A stretch of 64,000 nucleotides of DNA from Methanobacteriota archaeon. Lineage in GTDB: Archaea > Thermoplasmatota > Poseidoniia > Poseidoniales > Thalassarchaeaceae. A program made the translations under genes and the position numbers. The stretch lies in assembly GCA_018650285.1 (NCBI GenBank), contig JABIGF010000023.1, forward strand, positions 12,091 through 76,090, read 5' to 3'. The notes beneath the pieces are model-generated. The model saw only the letters and a program-made list of their open reading frames with translations. It was not told the DNA's origin and did not search any database. This document shows, piece after piece, positions 18,471-26,841 of this stretch. Numbering within the stretch: position 1 is the stretch's first letter; the number at the start of each line of letters is the position of its first letter.

Positions 18471-19616
18471 TCAAGCCATGACCATGCCATGCCGCAAACC
18501 CGCTTCAGATACCTCGTGAAGGAATCTCTCAAATTGAATACGGGGGTATGAACTACGACCAAGTCGTGAGTCGCATTCAGCTAACCTATCCAATAATTCA
18601 GCCTGCAATTCAGGTGGCAACATCAATCGACCAGATGTAAGTACTCGATGCAATTGTGATATCACATCATCTTTGTCAAGTGATAAATCCATCATGAGCC
18701 TATCAAGTTCGGCCATTGCTCCAGAGAGCATCTTCTTTTTCCGACCATAAACGGTCTCCCATCGCCATTCAATAATACGGCCACGTAGTGCCATTTCTAT
18801 CATCAACCTACCACCTTGTAATGTAGATGCAGCCACCAATTTATGGACTGATGAACGGTCTTCTACTTGGTTGGTTCGAGCCAATAATTCTAGCATGAAA
18901 ACGGCCTTTCTTAGATTACCCCCACTCACATGAATAATGTCACCAAAAAGACCTGGCGCTGGTTGGATTTTTTCCTTAGTTGCAACCTCTTGCAAAATCG
19001 ATTCTAATTTTTCAGATTCAACCGACGGAATTCTCAGATGTTTACTTCGACTTCGTAGAGCATCCATTATTCGACTGGGTGCTCTGGCTGTGAAAATAAA
19101 GCGAGATGTTGTTGATTCTGATTCCATCATTCTCCGCAAATACGGTTGCCTCTTAGGGCCGAGATGATCTGCATCTTCAATGACAATCAACCGACTGACT
19201 GGAATCATTCCTTTGGTTGGTGGGGCGAGTTCAACTCCTGCGGGAGGTGGGTCGCGTGTTGGGGAAGATTCCCACATTGAACGGTCAAATGCTTCAAGAC
19301 TTGTCCGACCTGCTAATGTATCACGAGATGTTCTCCCTGATGGGCGAAGAAAATCTTCAAATTTTTGCATTGCACCGCTACTTCCTGCCAAATCTCTCGC
19401 TTGAAGAATGTGAGTTGTTGATTTCCAACCTGGCCCCAATAATTGTCTTGCCACTAATCTCCATGCTGCCGTTTTCCCAACACCTGCTGGCCCTGTAATC
19501 AACAAATGAGGGGGGCTTCCAGATAGACTAACTGTTGTCAGCGCTTTACAAATTTGTTCTGGCACCGCCAAATCATCAAAGCGGCGGGGGGCGTGCTTTT
19601 CCAACCAACTCGGCAT
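18471..19616 (-). CDS. rfcS: Replication factor C small subunit (clamp loader AAA+), divergent, with an insertion between Walker A and B
   Basis: WLEKHAPRRFDDL (RFC box II-like), Walker A GPAGVGKT, Walker B IVIEDADHL and sensor LRSRSKHLRI (an SRC-motif variant, SRS). 381 aa versus the usual 320-330 or so. Confidence 0.75.
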   Translation of the reverse strand: MPSWLEKHAPRRFDDLAVPEQICKALTTVSLSGSPPHLLITGPAGVGKTAAWRLVARQLLGPGWKSTTHILQARDLAGSSGAMQKFEDFLRPSGRTSRDTLAGRTSLEAFDRSMWESSPTRDPPPAGVELAPPTKGMIPVSRLIVIEDADHLGPKRQPYLRRMMESESTTSRFIFTARAPSRIMDALRSRSKHLRIPSVESEKLESILQEVATKEKIQPAPGLFGDIIHVSGGNLRKAVFMLELLARTNQVEDRSSVHKLVAASTLQGGRLMIEMALRGRIIEWRWETVYGRKKKMLSGAMAELDRLMMDLSLDKDDVISQLHRVLTSGRLMLPPELQAELLDRLAECDSRLGRSSYPRIQFERFLHEVSEAGLRHGMVMA

Positions 19617-19683
19617 GGGACCAAACCTAGTGTTAATGCCACAGTCCTTGAACTCAACGATTAGAAGTCTTACTTTGATTGAT

Positions 19684-20076
19684 TTATTCTACAATCGCTT
19701 CAACTTCAATTTCAATTAACATTTCTGGGTTAACCAATTCATGGACCACAACAAGTGTTGCCGCTGGGCGGATTTCTTCGAAAACTTCTCCATGGACCAC
19801 CATGATTGCGTCACAATCTTTTGCTCTAGTTGCGTACATCCTTGTTCTTACAATATCAGTAAGAGATGCGCCTGCTTCGTCTAAGGCGCGTTCAATTCTT
19901 CCAAAAATAATGCGGCATTGTTCAATGATATTTCCTTTAGCAAGAACATTGCCATCAGAATCTGTAGCAGTTGTGCCTGCTACGTGAACAACATTTCCAA
20001 CCCTAATTGCACGAGAATAGCCAGCAACCCTCTCAAACGGGGTGCCACTTGACACCAATCTACGCTCCACCATCAT
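19684..20076 (-). CDS. RidA/YjgF/L-PSP family enamine-imine deaminase
   Basis: 130 aa, with AGYSRAIRVGNVVHVAGTTA ... RPAATLVVV ... IEIEVEA, the typical YjgF fold signature. Confidence 0.8.
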   Translation of the reverse strand: MMVERRLVSSGTPFERVAGYSRAIRVGNVVHVAGTTATDSDGNVLAKGNIIEQCRIIFGRIERALDEAGASLTDIVRTRMYATRAKDCDAIMVVHGEVFEEIRPAATLVVVHELVNPEMLIEIEVEAIVE

Positions 20077-20109
20077 TGGATGAGATAGCGTGGGGCTAGA
20101 TGACCTTTG

Positions 20110-20421
20110 TCAATCAGCTTTAATCATCTTGTATGCGCCTTCGCCGCCTTTTTCTGGGTCTGTACCAGAGCGACGCGGCTTGACGAAAATGCGGAAACCG
20201 CAACTACGGCAAGAAACACCATTCTTTTCTTGGCTAAATGCCTCAAGTGCACCGCACTTCAAACAGCGGTAGAGAACTTCGGTAGGTAGGGCATGAGCGC
20301 CACATGCTTCACAGTTAATCCACTGTGTCCACCCTTTAATGCGGTGGTTTTCTTTACAGTTGATGTTGATGCACCGGTAGGTGAACATGCGGTCTTCAAG
20401 GAAGGTGTAAACTCGTTCCAT
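20110..20421 (-). CDS. rpoP: RNA polymerase subunit P (Rpb12)-like zinc ribbon fused to an additional N-terminal zinc ribbon
   Basis: The C-terminal half YRCLKCGALEAFSQEKNGVSCRSCGFRIFVKPRR matches the RpoP pattern Y.C..CG...(G)V.C..CG.RI..K.R. The N-terminal half YRCININC...INCEACG is a second CxxC/CxxC unit. No in-frame start codon lies between them. Confidence 0.6.
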   Translation of the reverse strand: MERVYTFLEDRMFTYRCININCKENHRIKGWTQWINCEACGAHALPTEVLYRCLKCGALEAFSQEKNGVSCRSCGFRIFVKPRRSGTDPEKGGEGAYKMIKAD

Positions 20422-20474
20422 GTGAGGCGGCGACCGGCCCGCCCTTTTTCAACCTCGCCCTTTGGCTGAAATCA

Positions 20475-21059
20475 TTAATTTACCGAAAGACGACATATTT
20501 CAACAAAATTTTCCATCATTTTTGCTCCAAATTCTGAATCATTCACTTCTGGATGAAATTGCAAACCGAAACGGTCGCCTGCATCATTTTCCATCGCCTG
20601 AACACGGCAAGAAGTACTACTCGCTGTAATAAAAAATCCTTCTGGGACTACGGTTACTTCATCGTTATGACTTTCCCAAACCACTTGAGTATCAGGTGTT
20701 TCTTGAAAAATTGCGCCGCCGCCATCATGCAGGGTGATTTCCATAGCACCAAATTCTGGAGATTCCGCCTCACCACAATCGCCCCCATAGTGTCGAGCCA
20801 TGAATTGATGGCCCGCACAAATACCAAGAATAGGTATGTCAAGAGTAAGAAAATCTGCACAATTACCTAACTCACCAGTAAGACCTACTCGTGCCGCACC
20901 CCCTGAAAGAAGAAGGCCGTCCATTTCACGAAGTTCAGATAATGGAGTGGAATTGGCAATAATTTGAGTGTCAACGCCGAGATAACGAAGCATTCTCCAC
21001 TCTCTATGGGTCCACTGACCACCATTATCAACGACGTCGATAACTAACCTCTCTGCCAT
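20475..21059 (-). CDS. guaAA: GMP synthase (glutamine-hydrolysing) subunit A, class I glutamine amidotransferase
   Basis: VIDVVDNGGQWTHREWRMLRYLGV, nucleophile elbow GICAGHQ and QFHPE. Its size is typical of the split archaeal GuaA-A. The ORF track starts at 21092. Confidence 0.85.
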   Translation of the reverse strand: MAERLVIDVVDNGGQWTHREWRMLRYLGVDTQIIANSTPLSELREMDGLLLSGGAARVGLTGELGNCADFLTLDIPILGICAGHQFMARHYGGDCGEAESPEFGAMEITLHDGGGAIFQETPDTQVVWESHNDEVTVVPEGFFITASSTSCRVQAMENDAGDRFGLQFHPEVNDSEFGAKMMENFVEICRLSVN

Positions 21060-21107
21060 GATTCCCAAGTGCTGTGCGAAGCGTGAGTTCAATGAACATG
21101 CCGCTTC

Positions 21108-22220
21108 TCATTCAATGCCTGCGAGGCGGGATAAGAATGAAATTTTCATGCTGTGTTCAACTGCTGCCGCATTGTCCCACGCCTCGTTGAAATCAGCACC
21201 TACTGCATATATTCCGCCACCGCGTACAACGATTGCTTTACATCCTGATTGCTGAAGCCCTTCTGAAAGTTGGCGGAGAAAGTCTTCTTCTGAAGCATCG
21301 TCTGAATCAACAATCACAACAGAGCCGAAGCGAGCTTTGCCAGCAAGGTCTTCTGGCCTAAGAACAAACAAATCTTGCTCCAATGACATTGCGGTCGCAT
21401 ACGGTGCGGGTAAATGTGCGCAAGCCGCCCTGCCATTATGCTCAAGTGAGGCTACTGCTAACAAAATGGTATGAACTTTCCAAGCATCACCTGCGCCAAA
21501 AGGAGTTGCCTCGCCTAATCGTCCTGAAACAATATATCGCTCATCAATTTGTCCAAGTGGTGTACCTTCGCGTGTGATATGAATAAGGTTGGGCTGATCA
21601 AGTGATAGAGTTGAGATGCTTCCAACAGTTGCATAACAAAGTCCATCGCGTTGTAGTTGGCGACCTATCCTAACAAAATCGCCTACAACGTGTGCTGGAA
21701 TGACAAAACCATCTCCAACAATTGGTGGCATTGGTTGGCTCTCTATTTCATCAATGAGTCCTGAAGCATTAGTAACAGCGTTACGGAGTGATTCGTTTTC
21801 ATTGCGAAGAGCGTCTACTTCTGACATTGGAGTATTAACTATCGCTTGACCTATCATCCCATCAATGTCTGTGGGAAGATTGCTTACTGGTTCCACTTCG
21901 TCATCTTCTGGTTCTTCTTCGACAATGTCTTCATCTTCGTCTTCATCTTTGTTTTCTTGCTGGACTACCGCTGGCGGACCAGCAGAGCGTTGCGGGGGGA
22001 CGCCACCAACTGACATACCAGGAACCATGCCCATTGGCATACCCATCGGGGGGCCACGCGGTGGCCCTTTTGGCGCACTAGAAGGTGGACCTCTTGGGGG
22101 CCCTTTTCCTTCGTTTTCATCATCATCGCCGCCGGTTGAATCCTCATCGAGCGCCATCTCTATCAATGCGGCGAGTTGGGTTCTCATTAAATACAGGTTG
22201 GCTTTGGCCGACCTATTCAC
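21108..22220 (-). CDS. Class II aldolase/adducin-domain protein with a roughly 150-aa disordered Pro/Gly- and acid-rich N-terminal extension
   Basis: The C-terminal 200 aa show the aldolase-II layout (VGSIS...LIHITREGTPLGQIDERYIV ... AHLPAPYATAMS ... AIVVRGGGIYAVGADFNEAWDNAAAVEHSMKI). The N-terminus has GPPRGPP repeats and an acidic run. Confidence 0.55.
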   Translation of the reverse strand: MNRSAKANLYLMRTQLAALIEMALDEDSTGGDDDENEGKGPPRGPPSSAPKGPPRGPPMGMPMGMVPGMSVGGVPPQRSAGPPAVVQQENKDEDEDEDIVEEEPEDDEVEPVSNLPTDIDGMIGQAIVNTPMSEVDALRNENESLRNAVTNASGLIDEIESQPMPPIVGDGFVIPAHVVGDFVRIGRQLQRDGLCYATVGSISTLSLDQPNLIHITREGTPLGQIDERYIVSGRLGEATPFGAGDAWKVHTILLAVASLEHNGRAACAHLPAPYATAMSLEQDLFVLRPEDLAGKARFGSVVIVDSDDASEEDFLRQLSEGLQQSGCKAIVVRGGGIYAVGADFNEAWDNAAAVEHSMKISFLSRLAGIE

Positions 22221-22223
22221 TTA

Positions 22224-22299
22224 GCCCCGATAGTGTAGTGGCCTATCATGAAGCCCTGTCGAGGCTTCGACCCGGATTCAAATTCCGGTCGGGGCGCCA
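22224..22299 (+). tRNA. tRNA-Asp (anticodon GTC) with genomically encoded CCA
   Basis: Acceptor GCCCCGA/TCGGGGC, anticodon stem AAGCC/GGCTT with loop CTGTCGA, T arm CCGGA-TTCAAAT-TCCGG, discriminator G then CCA. Confidence 0.9.
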
Positions 22300-22304
22300 A
22301 ATCC

Positions 22305-22311
22305 TTTTTTT
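22305..22311 (+). terminator. Oligo-T tract after tRNA-Asp (archaeal-type terminator candidate)
   Basis: A run of seven T lies 6 nt after the CCA end. The opposite strand has TTTTCTTT just after the stop of the giant gene. Confidence 0.35.
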
Positions 22312-22331
22312 AAAGAAAATGGGGGTTATTA

Positions 22332-25300
22332 TCACTCAATAGGCCAAGGTATCCAATCATCTTGAGTATCTTCTGTTCGGAAATAATTCTTACCACTACC
22401 CTCTGGCCATTCAATCCATTCAAATCCATCGGATATTGTCGGGTTTTCTGGATTCATTGGTGGCGATATTGCTTCTGCCACAACAGGTTGTGGTGTTTCT
22501 ACAATTGATTCTTTCACCTCATCTTCTGCCGCGATAAAATCGTTACTCGATTCAAGCACATCAGAGGAATAATCTATTTCGTCAAACACACTTTGTTCGG
22601 CCAACATACTCTCGGGTGGGCCTGATGGCACCATTGGCTTTTTCACTAATTGAAGAGCTTGGATAAATAATAGCAACACCATCAAAATTACGACTATCAA
22701 TGGAACCCAAGACATACCGGCAAGTGATTCTTCATCTGCAACACTATCAGTTACAGTGTTATCAGCAGTATCATTCAAAATGTCTCCTTCGTTAATTGTT
22801 TGATTGAGATTCGTGTTATTCTGAAATGTTTGATTTTGGAATGTTTGATTTTGGAATGTTTCATTATCATATGAGTTGTTTGCATATGTGTTATTTACAT
22901 AGGTATTATTCACATACGTATTGTTGACATACGTGTTATCCTCAGTATAATTCACTGAAGAACTACCGCCACCCCCATTACCATCTGGAATTTCACCAGG
23001 TGCGCAACCATCTGCATTAGGAGTCTCTCCTACCATTGTCCTTGAACAATCATCAATAAGATCTGATACCCCGTCACCATCATCATCAGTATCTTCATTC
23101 CAATCATGACACCCATCTGCATCAAAATCAACAGTGGGATTTGTAACCCAGCCTTTGACTCCTCTTGGGCAATTATCATCTATGTCTAGAATACCATCTG
23201 CATCATCGTCCAAATCTTCATCTGAATCTTTACAACCATCACCATCGTAATCTGTAATACTTCCAGAATACCAACCAACAGTACCATTTGGACATGAATC
23301 ATCGTAATCTTGGTAGTGGTCATTATCATCATTAAGGTCTTCAGTAGCATCAAGACATCCGTCTCCATCATTATCTGTTACATTAGATGACGTCCAATTT
23401 AATTCGCCGCGAATACAAGTATCAGAATCATCACCTATTCCGTCATTATCATCGTCCAAATCTTCATTCGAATCTTTGCAACCGTCTCCATCATGATCAG
23501 TTGATGAAGTAGATATCCAACCCAAACTTCCTTTCGGACAAGCATCTGCTGTATCGTTGACAGAATCGTCGTCGTCATCTAAATCTTCATTTGAATCTTT
23601 ACATCCATCTGTATCATAATCGGTCGTGCTGTTTGAAGTCCAGTTTAGAGTGCCAGCCATGCATGCATCATTGCTGTCAAGAAGGCCGTCGTTATCATCA
23701 TCTGAATCCTCAATATCATCTTTACAACCATCTGTATCGTGGTCAGTCGTGTTGTTTGAAGTCCAACCGAGTGCCCCCATTGGACAACTATCTACTGAAT
23801 CTGCAATACCCTCTGCATCATCATCTGCATCACAAATATCTCCTTGGTTATCTCCGTCATAATTTGTTTGACTTGGGTTGTAAATTTGCTGACAGTTGTC
23901 GCGGTTGTCTGTAATTCCATCAGCATCAGCATCAGCACTCATGCGCGCAAGGAATATGTCATCACCATCTGAGGAATTTAGTGAATCAAGACCGAAAGTT
24001 CGGGCGCTGGTTGAATAATGTAATTGTCCAGCGGCTGCTACCGTTCCATTACCAGTTGCAGTCACTTGTTTCACTGTGGTTGAGCCACTGGGTTGTGCTG
24101 CCCATTCCCAGGTACCTAATGTAGAAGCCATAGCAACAAAGCCAGTACCTGCTGAAGAGAGGGTAGTAAGTCCAACACTGATTACACCCGTTTTCTTTCC
24201 AACGACTACAACGCTGCCGTTACCGACCATATTTATGTCGTAAATATAGTCATTAGAAGTCCCGCCAAGAGCAATAGACCAATCCCAAACTCCAGTATTG
24301 TTAAACTTGGCAATGAACCCATCTCGGGAACCACCCGAATTAACTGAGCAACAATTAGGAAATGAAACTGAGTTCTGAAAATGGCCAGCGATATAGACAT
24401 CACCAGTCGGTGTAGTGTCTATTGATTCAATGTAAATGCAATTACTACTAGAACAAGTCGGAGCACCCATCCACCACATTGTCGAATTACTTGGTATTAA
24501 ACGAATCAATGCACCTGGGTAACTACCTGGATAAGATGTCCCCCCGCTTGGGTTAGTAAAGTATCCAGATTTTGCCCAAAATACCACACCTCCGCTTGGG
24601 TGGTCAGTCATTGCTTCCATTGTAGCAGTATTCGAATTACCAGAACGATGAAGATTAATCCAACTACTTGTAGCACCATGACGCTGCGCAATACAAATAT
24701 TCCAATAATTGCTACCAGAGAATTGTGTTCCATGAATTGTAGTTGTGCCTGCACAAGCTCCTGAAAAGAATACATCCCCATTGACATCTACGGCGATATC
24801 AAGATTGACATATTGACTTGTACTAAATCCAATTGTATCAGCAGACATCCATCCACTTGTGGGAGACCAACTTGCAACTATGAATCCAGAACCACTGTTA
24901 CGGCTTGTAAGGCCGGGAATATCGACCCAACCGTTCCAGTGGAAACCAACCCATACCGTACCATTTGGGCCAATAGCCATTGCCGCGAAGTCTTTCTCAT
25001 TGGTGTAGGAAGATGTTGAGGTACTCATTCGTGCGCCCATCTTGATTTGGGCAACATCTGTCCAAGTTCCGTTATCACTAGCAACAGCCAAGAACAGACG
25101 CGATTGTGTTGAGGTGGTACTTTGGTCAGCAATGGAGGCGTTCCCCCCTAATACATCGTTGCCAAAGCGAAGACTGTGAGAAAATGCATTAGTAACGCCC
25201 ATCATGACTGTGGCTGTTGAATTCAATGGTTCGAGATCAATAATATCCTCTGTGCCAGTATGGCCTATCATTTTGTAAAACCGATAAGATTGCGGCTGCC

Positions 25301-26807
25301 CATTTGACCATGAGAATCGAGACACCGTAGTGGCGGGTGCATCAGAATAGACGTTGTAATCGTAATCTTGGCGGGCTTGATGGTTGATGGAGGCAACCAC
25401 ATCAGGATAGGCGCTCCCAATATCCATCCAAGCAACATCATCGATTGTAGCGCGGCCTGACCTAATGCAATAATTGGAATAAGATACCGTGCTACCTGTG
25501 TTCGTCAATTCAACTACAATTGCATTGTCATAACCACCTGTTTGTATGTATATTTGGCTGCTGGAGGAACTACCGCGGAAATAAAAGTAATAGTTGGCAG
25601 TTAGCCCAACCAATATTTTACTGCCAAAGACATCTATTGATGGAGAATGATAACGGTAGTAATTGTTTTGTGTTTCAAGCGCCCAGCCGATTGCACCGAC
25701 ATTGGAGAACTTCACCACATAAACAGACTCATAATCGCGGCCATTGTTGATTTGAATTGAGCCCCAAGTAATTGAATGAGAACTCGAGGTATTTGCCATC
25801 AGTTCACCGACAACGAATACATTTCCCGCACTATCTACATCGAGTTTCCATGCCCTATCATTGACATTACAAATTGGTTTGCGGACCCACTCCACACCAG
25901 CATGAGCCACGCGCATCACAAGGCTGTCTGAACCTGAACCGCCTCCATGAGAAATTGTTGTTTGGTCAAGCGTTAGGGAGGGTGTGGAAAATTCGGCGGC
26001 AACCATTACTTTTCCATTTTGGTCGGCCACAATGTCGTGTGCCTGTTCTTTGCCTGTGCCACCATAGATTCTTCCTTGGTCCCAAGTTCCATTTGCTAAT
26101 CCCCAAAGAATGAGAAAATCAGTGTCGCCACTATTATTGAGAACTGTCCCATTCACTGTAAGCGTGGGGCTAGCCGTCCAACCTGAATATGCAAAGTGGC
26201 CATGGGAATCTTTTGTCACTCCGGTGATGTTATCAAAGCCCGCTCCATTGATTGAATTACCCCAATCAATAGAACCATTATTTGCATTAATCTGAATTGC
26301 AAATCCATCTCGGCTTCCCGAATTAGTCAATACATCGGTGCTTGCGTTGAATTGTGGTGAATCATAACTACCAACCACTACAACATTCCCTGAATCATCA
26401 ACGAGCATGTCCTCAACATATTCGTCTAAAACGCCACCAAATGATGTGAGCCAAAGCACATTTCCACTTGTGTCAAACTTTGCAACAAAGGCGTCTAAAC
26501 CACCTTCATTGAGAGCGTGTTGATTGTCAATAGAGAGGCTGCCTCCTCTGAATATTCCTGAAATATATGAACTCTGAGAAGAATCTGTTTCAACACTTCG
26601 TGTCCAAACAAAACCCGCATCAGTATCTTTGGCAACCCATTCCCAACCAAGGGGATTAGTAGCTACTTTTGCACTATTAAGTGCTTCATCGCCTTCGTCT
26701 AAAACAACATATTCATCTGTCATCTCAAAATTTGTTGAAAGGGCCACAAGAGGGGCTGCCAACATTAGAATCGTTAAGAACAGTGCTCGGTGCATCAACG
26801 GTGACAT
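22332..26807 (-). CDS. Giant secreted adhesin-like protein (about 1490 aa): N-terminal beta-propeller (SBBP-like) repeats, thrombospondin type-3-like Ca-binding repeats, an N-glycosylation sequon array, a TM helix and a cytoplasmic tail
   Basis: Signal peptide MSPLMHRALFLTILMLAAPLVALS. D.(S/A/N)GNV.VVG-type propeller motifs are present (DDSGNVVVVGSY, DSAGNVFVVGEL, DVNGDVFFSG, TPTGDVYIAGHF). About 7 copies of D.C..G..GW.S...TD.D.DGC.D..EDLDDD.DG follow. The TM is LIVVILMVLLLFIQAL. The ORF track starts at 26873, which would overlap the Trm5-like gene. Confidence 0.8.
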   Translation of the reverse strand: MSPLMHRALFLTILMLAAPLVALSTNFEMTDEYVVLDEGDEALNSAKVATNPLGWEWVAKDTDAGFVWTRSVETDSSQSSYISGIFRGGSLSIDNQHALNEGGLDAFVAKFDTSGNVLWLTSFGGVLDEYVEDMLVDDSGNVVVVGSYDSPQFNASTDVLTNSGSRDGFAIQINANNGSIDWGNSINGAGFDNITGVTKDSHGHFAYSGWTASPTLTVNGTVLNNSGDTDFLILWGLANGTWDQGRIYGGTGKEQAHDIVADQNGKVMVAAEFSTPSLTLDQTTISHGGGSGSDSLVMRVAHAGVEWVRKPICNVNDRAWKLDVDSAGNVFVVGELMANTSSSHSITWGSIQINNGRDYESVYVVKFSNVGAIGWALETQNNYYRYHSPSIDVFGSKILVGLTANYYFYFRGSSSSSQIYIQTGGYDNAIVVELTNTGSTVSYSNYCIRSGRATIDDVAWMDIGSAYPDVVASINHQARQDYDYNVYSDAPATTVSRFSWSNGQPQSYRFYKMIGHTGTEDIIDLEPLNSTATVMMGVTNAFSHSLRFGNDVLGGNASIADQSTTSTQSRLFLAVASDNGTWTDVAQIKMGARMSTSTSSYTNEKDFAAMAIGPNGTVWVGFHWNGWVDIPGLTSRNSGSGFIVASWSPTSGWMSADTIGFSTSQYVNLDIAVDVNGDVFFSGACAGTTTIHGTQFSGSNYWNICIAQRHGATSSWINLHRSGNSNTATMEAMTDHPSGGVVFWAKSGYFTNPSGGTSYPGSYPGALIRLIPSNSTMWWMGAPTCSSSNCIYIESIDTTPTGDVYIAGHFQNSVSFPNCCSVNSGGSRDGFIAKFNNTGVWDWSIALGGTSNDYIYDINMVGNGSVVVVGKKTGVISVGLTTLSSAGTGFVAMASTLGTWEWAAQPSGSTTVKQVTATGNGTVAAAGQLHYSTSARTFGLDSLNSSDGDDIFLARMSADADADGITDNRDNCQQIYNPSQTNYDGDNQGDICDADDDAEGIADSVDSCPMGALGWTSNNTTDHDTDGCKDDIEDSDDDNDGLLDSNDACMAGTLNWTSNSTTDYDTDGCKDSNEDLDDDDDSVNDTADACPKGSLGWISTSSTDHDGDGCKDSNEDLDDDNDGIGDDSDTCIRGELNWTSSNVTDNDGDGCLDATEDLNDDNDHYQDYDDSCPNGTVGWYSGSITDYDGDGCKDSDEDLDDDADGILDIDDNCPRGVKGWVTNPTVDFDADGCHDWNEDTDDDGDGVSDLIDDCSRTMVGETPNADGCAPGEIPDGNGGGGSSSVNYTEDNTYVNNTYVNNTYVNNTYANNSYDNETFQNQTFQNQTFQNNTNLNQTINEGDILNDTADNTVTDSVADEESLAGMSWVPLIVVILMVLLLFIQALQLVKKPMVPSGPPESMLAEQSVFDEIDYSSDVLESSNDFIAAEDEVKESIVETPQPVVAEAISPPMNPENPTISDGFEWIEWPEGSGKNYFRTEDTQDDWIPWPIE
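22790..22955 (-). repeat. In-frame 15-nt tandem repeats encoding N-x-T/S sequons (NNTYV x3-4, NQTFQ x3)
   Basis: The protein reads NYTEDNTYVNNTYVNNTYVNNTYANNSYDNETFQNQTFQNQTFQNNTNLNQT, immediately outside the TM helix. The DNA periodicity is visible as GAATGTTTGATTTTG and ACATACGT(A/G)TT units. Confidence 0.8.
22990..23935 (-). repeat. About 7 tandem ~39-aa (~117-nt) thrombospondin type-3-like calcium-binding repeats (coding)
   Basis: Units such as CPMGALGWTSNNTTDHDTDGCKDDIEDSDDDNDGLLDSNDA recur with conserved Cys, Trp and Asp positions. Confidence 0.8.
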
Positions 26808-26841
26808 TCCTCGCGCGTTAATACCTGTTTCGCCGGAAAAA

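Noticed and set aside
21865-22224. 119-aa plus-strand Ser/Gly/Pro-rich ORF
   Set aside because: It is antisense to the low-complexity N-terminal extension of the aldolase-like gene and is a mirror-composition artefact.
18358-22299. Whether either tRNA gene serves as an integration site for a mobile element
   Set aside because: Neither tRNA is adjacent to the IR-bounded cassette at 33.2-37.5 kb. I found no partial tRNA duplications nearby, and the neighbouring genes are housekeeping.
22790-23935. Strongly periodic DNA (15-nt and ~117-nt units) that at first glance could be a CRISPR-like or satellite array
   Set aside because: All units are in frame within the 1500-aa ORF and encode recognisable protein repeats (N-x-T sequons and TSP3-like Ca-binding repeats). 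There is no repeat/unique-spacer alternation and no cas genes.
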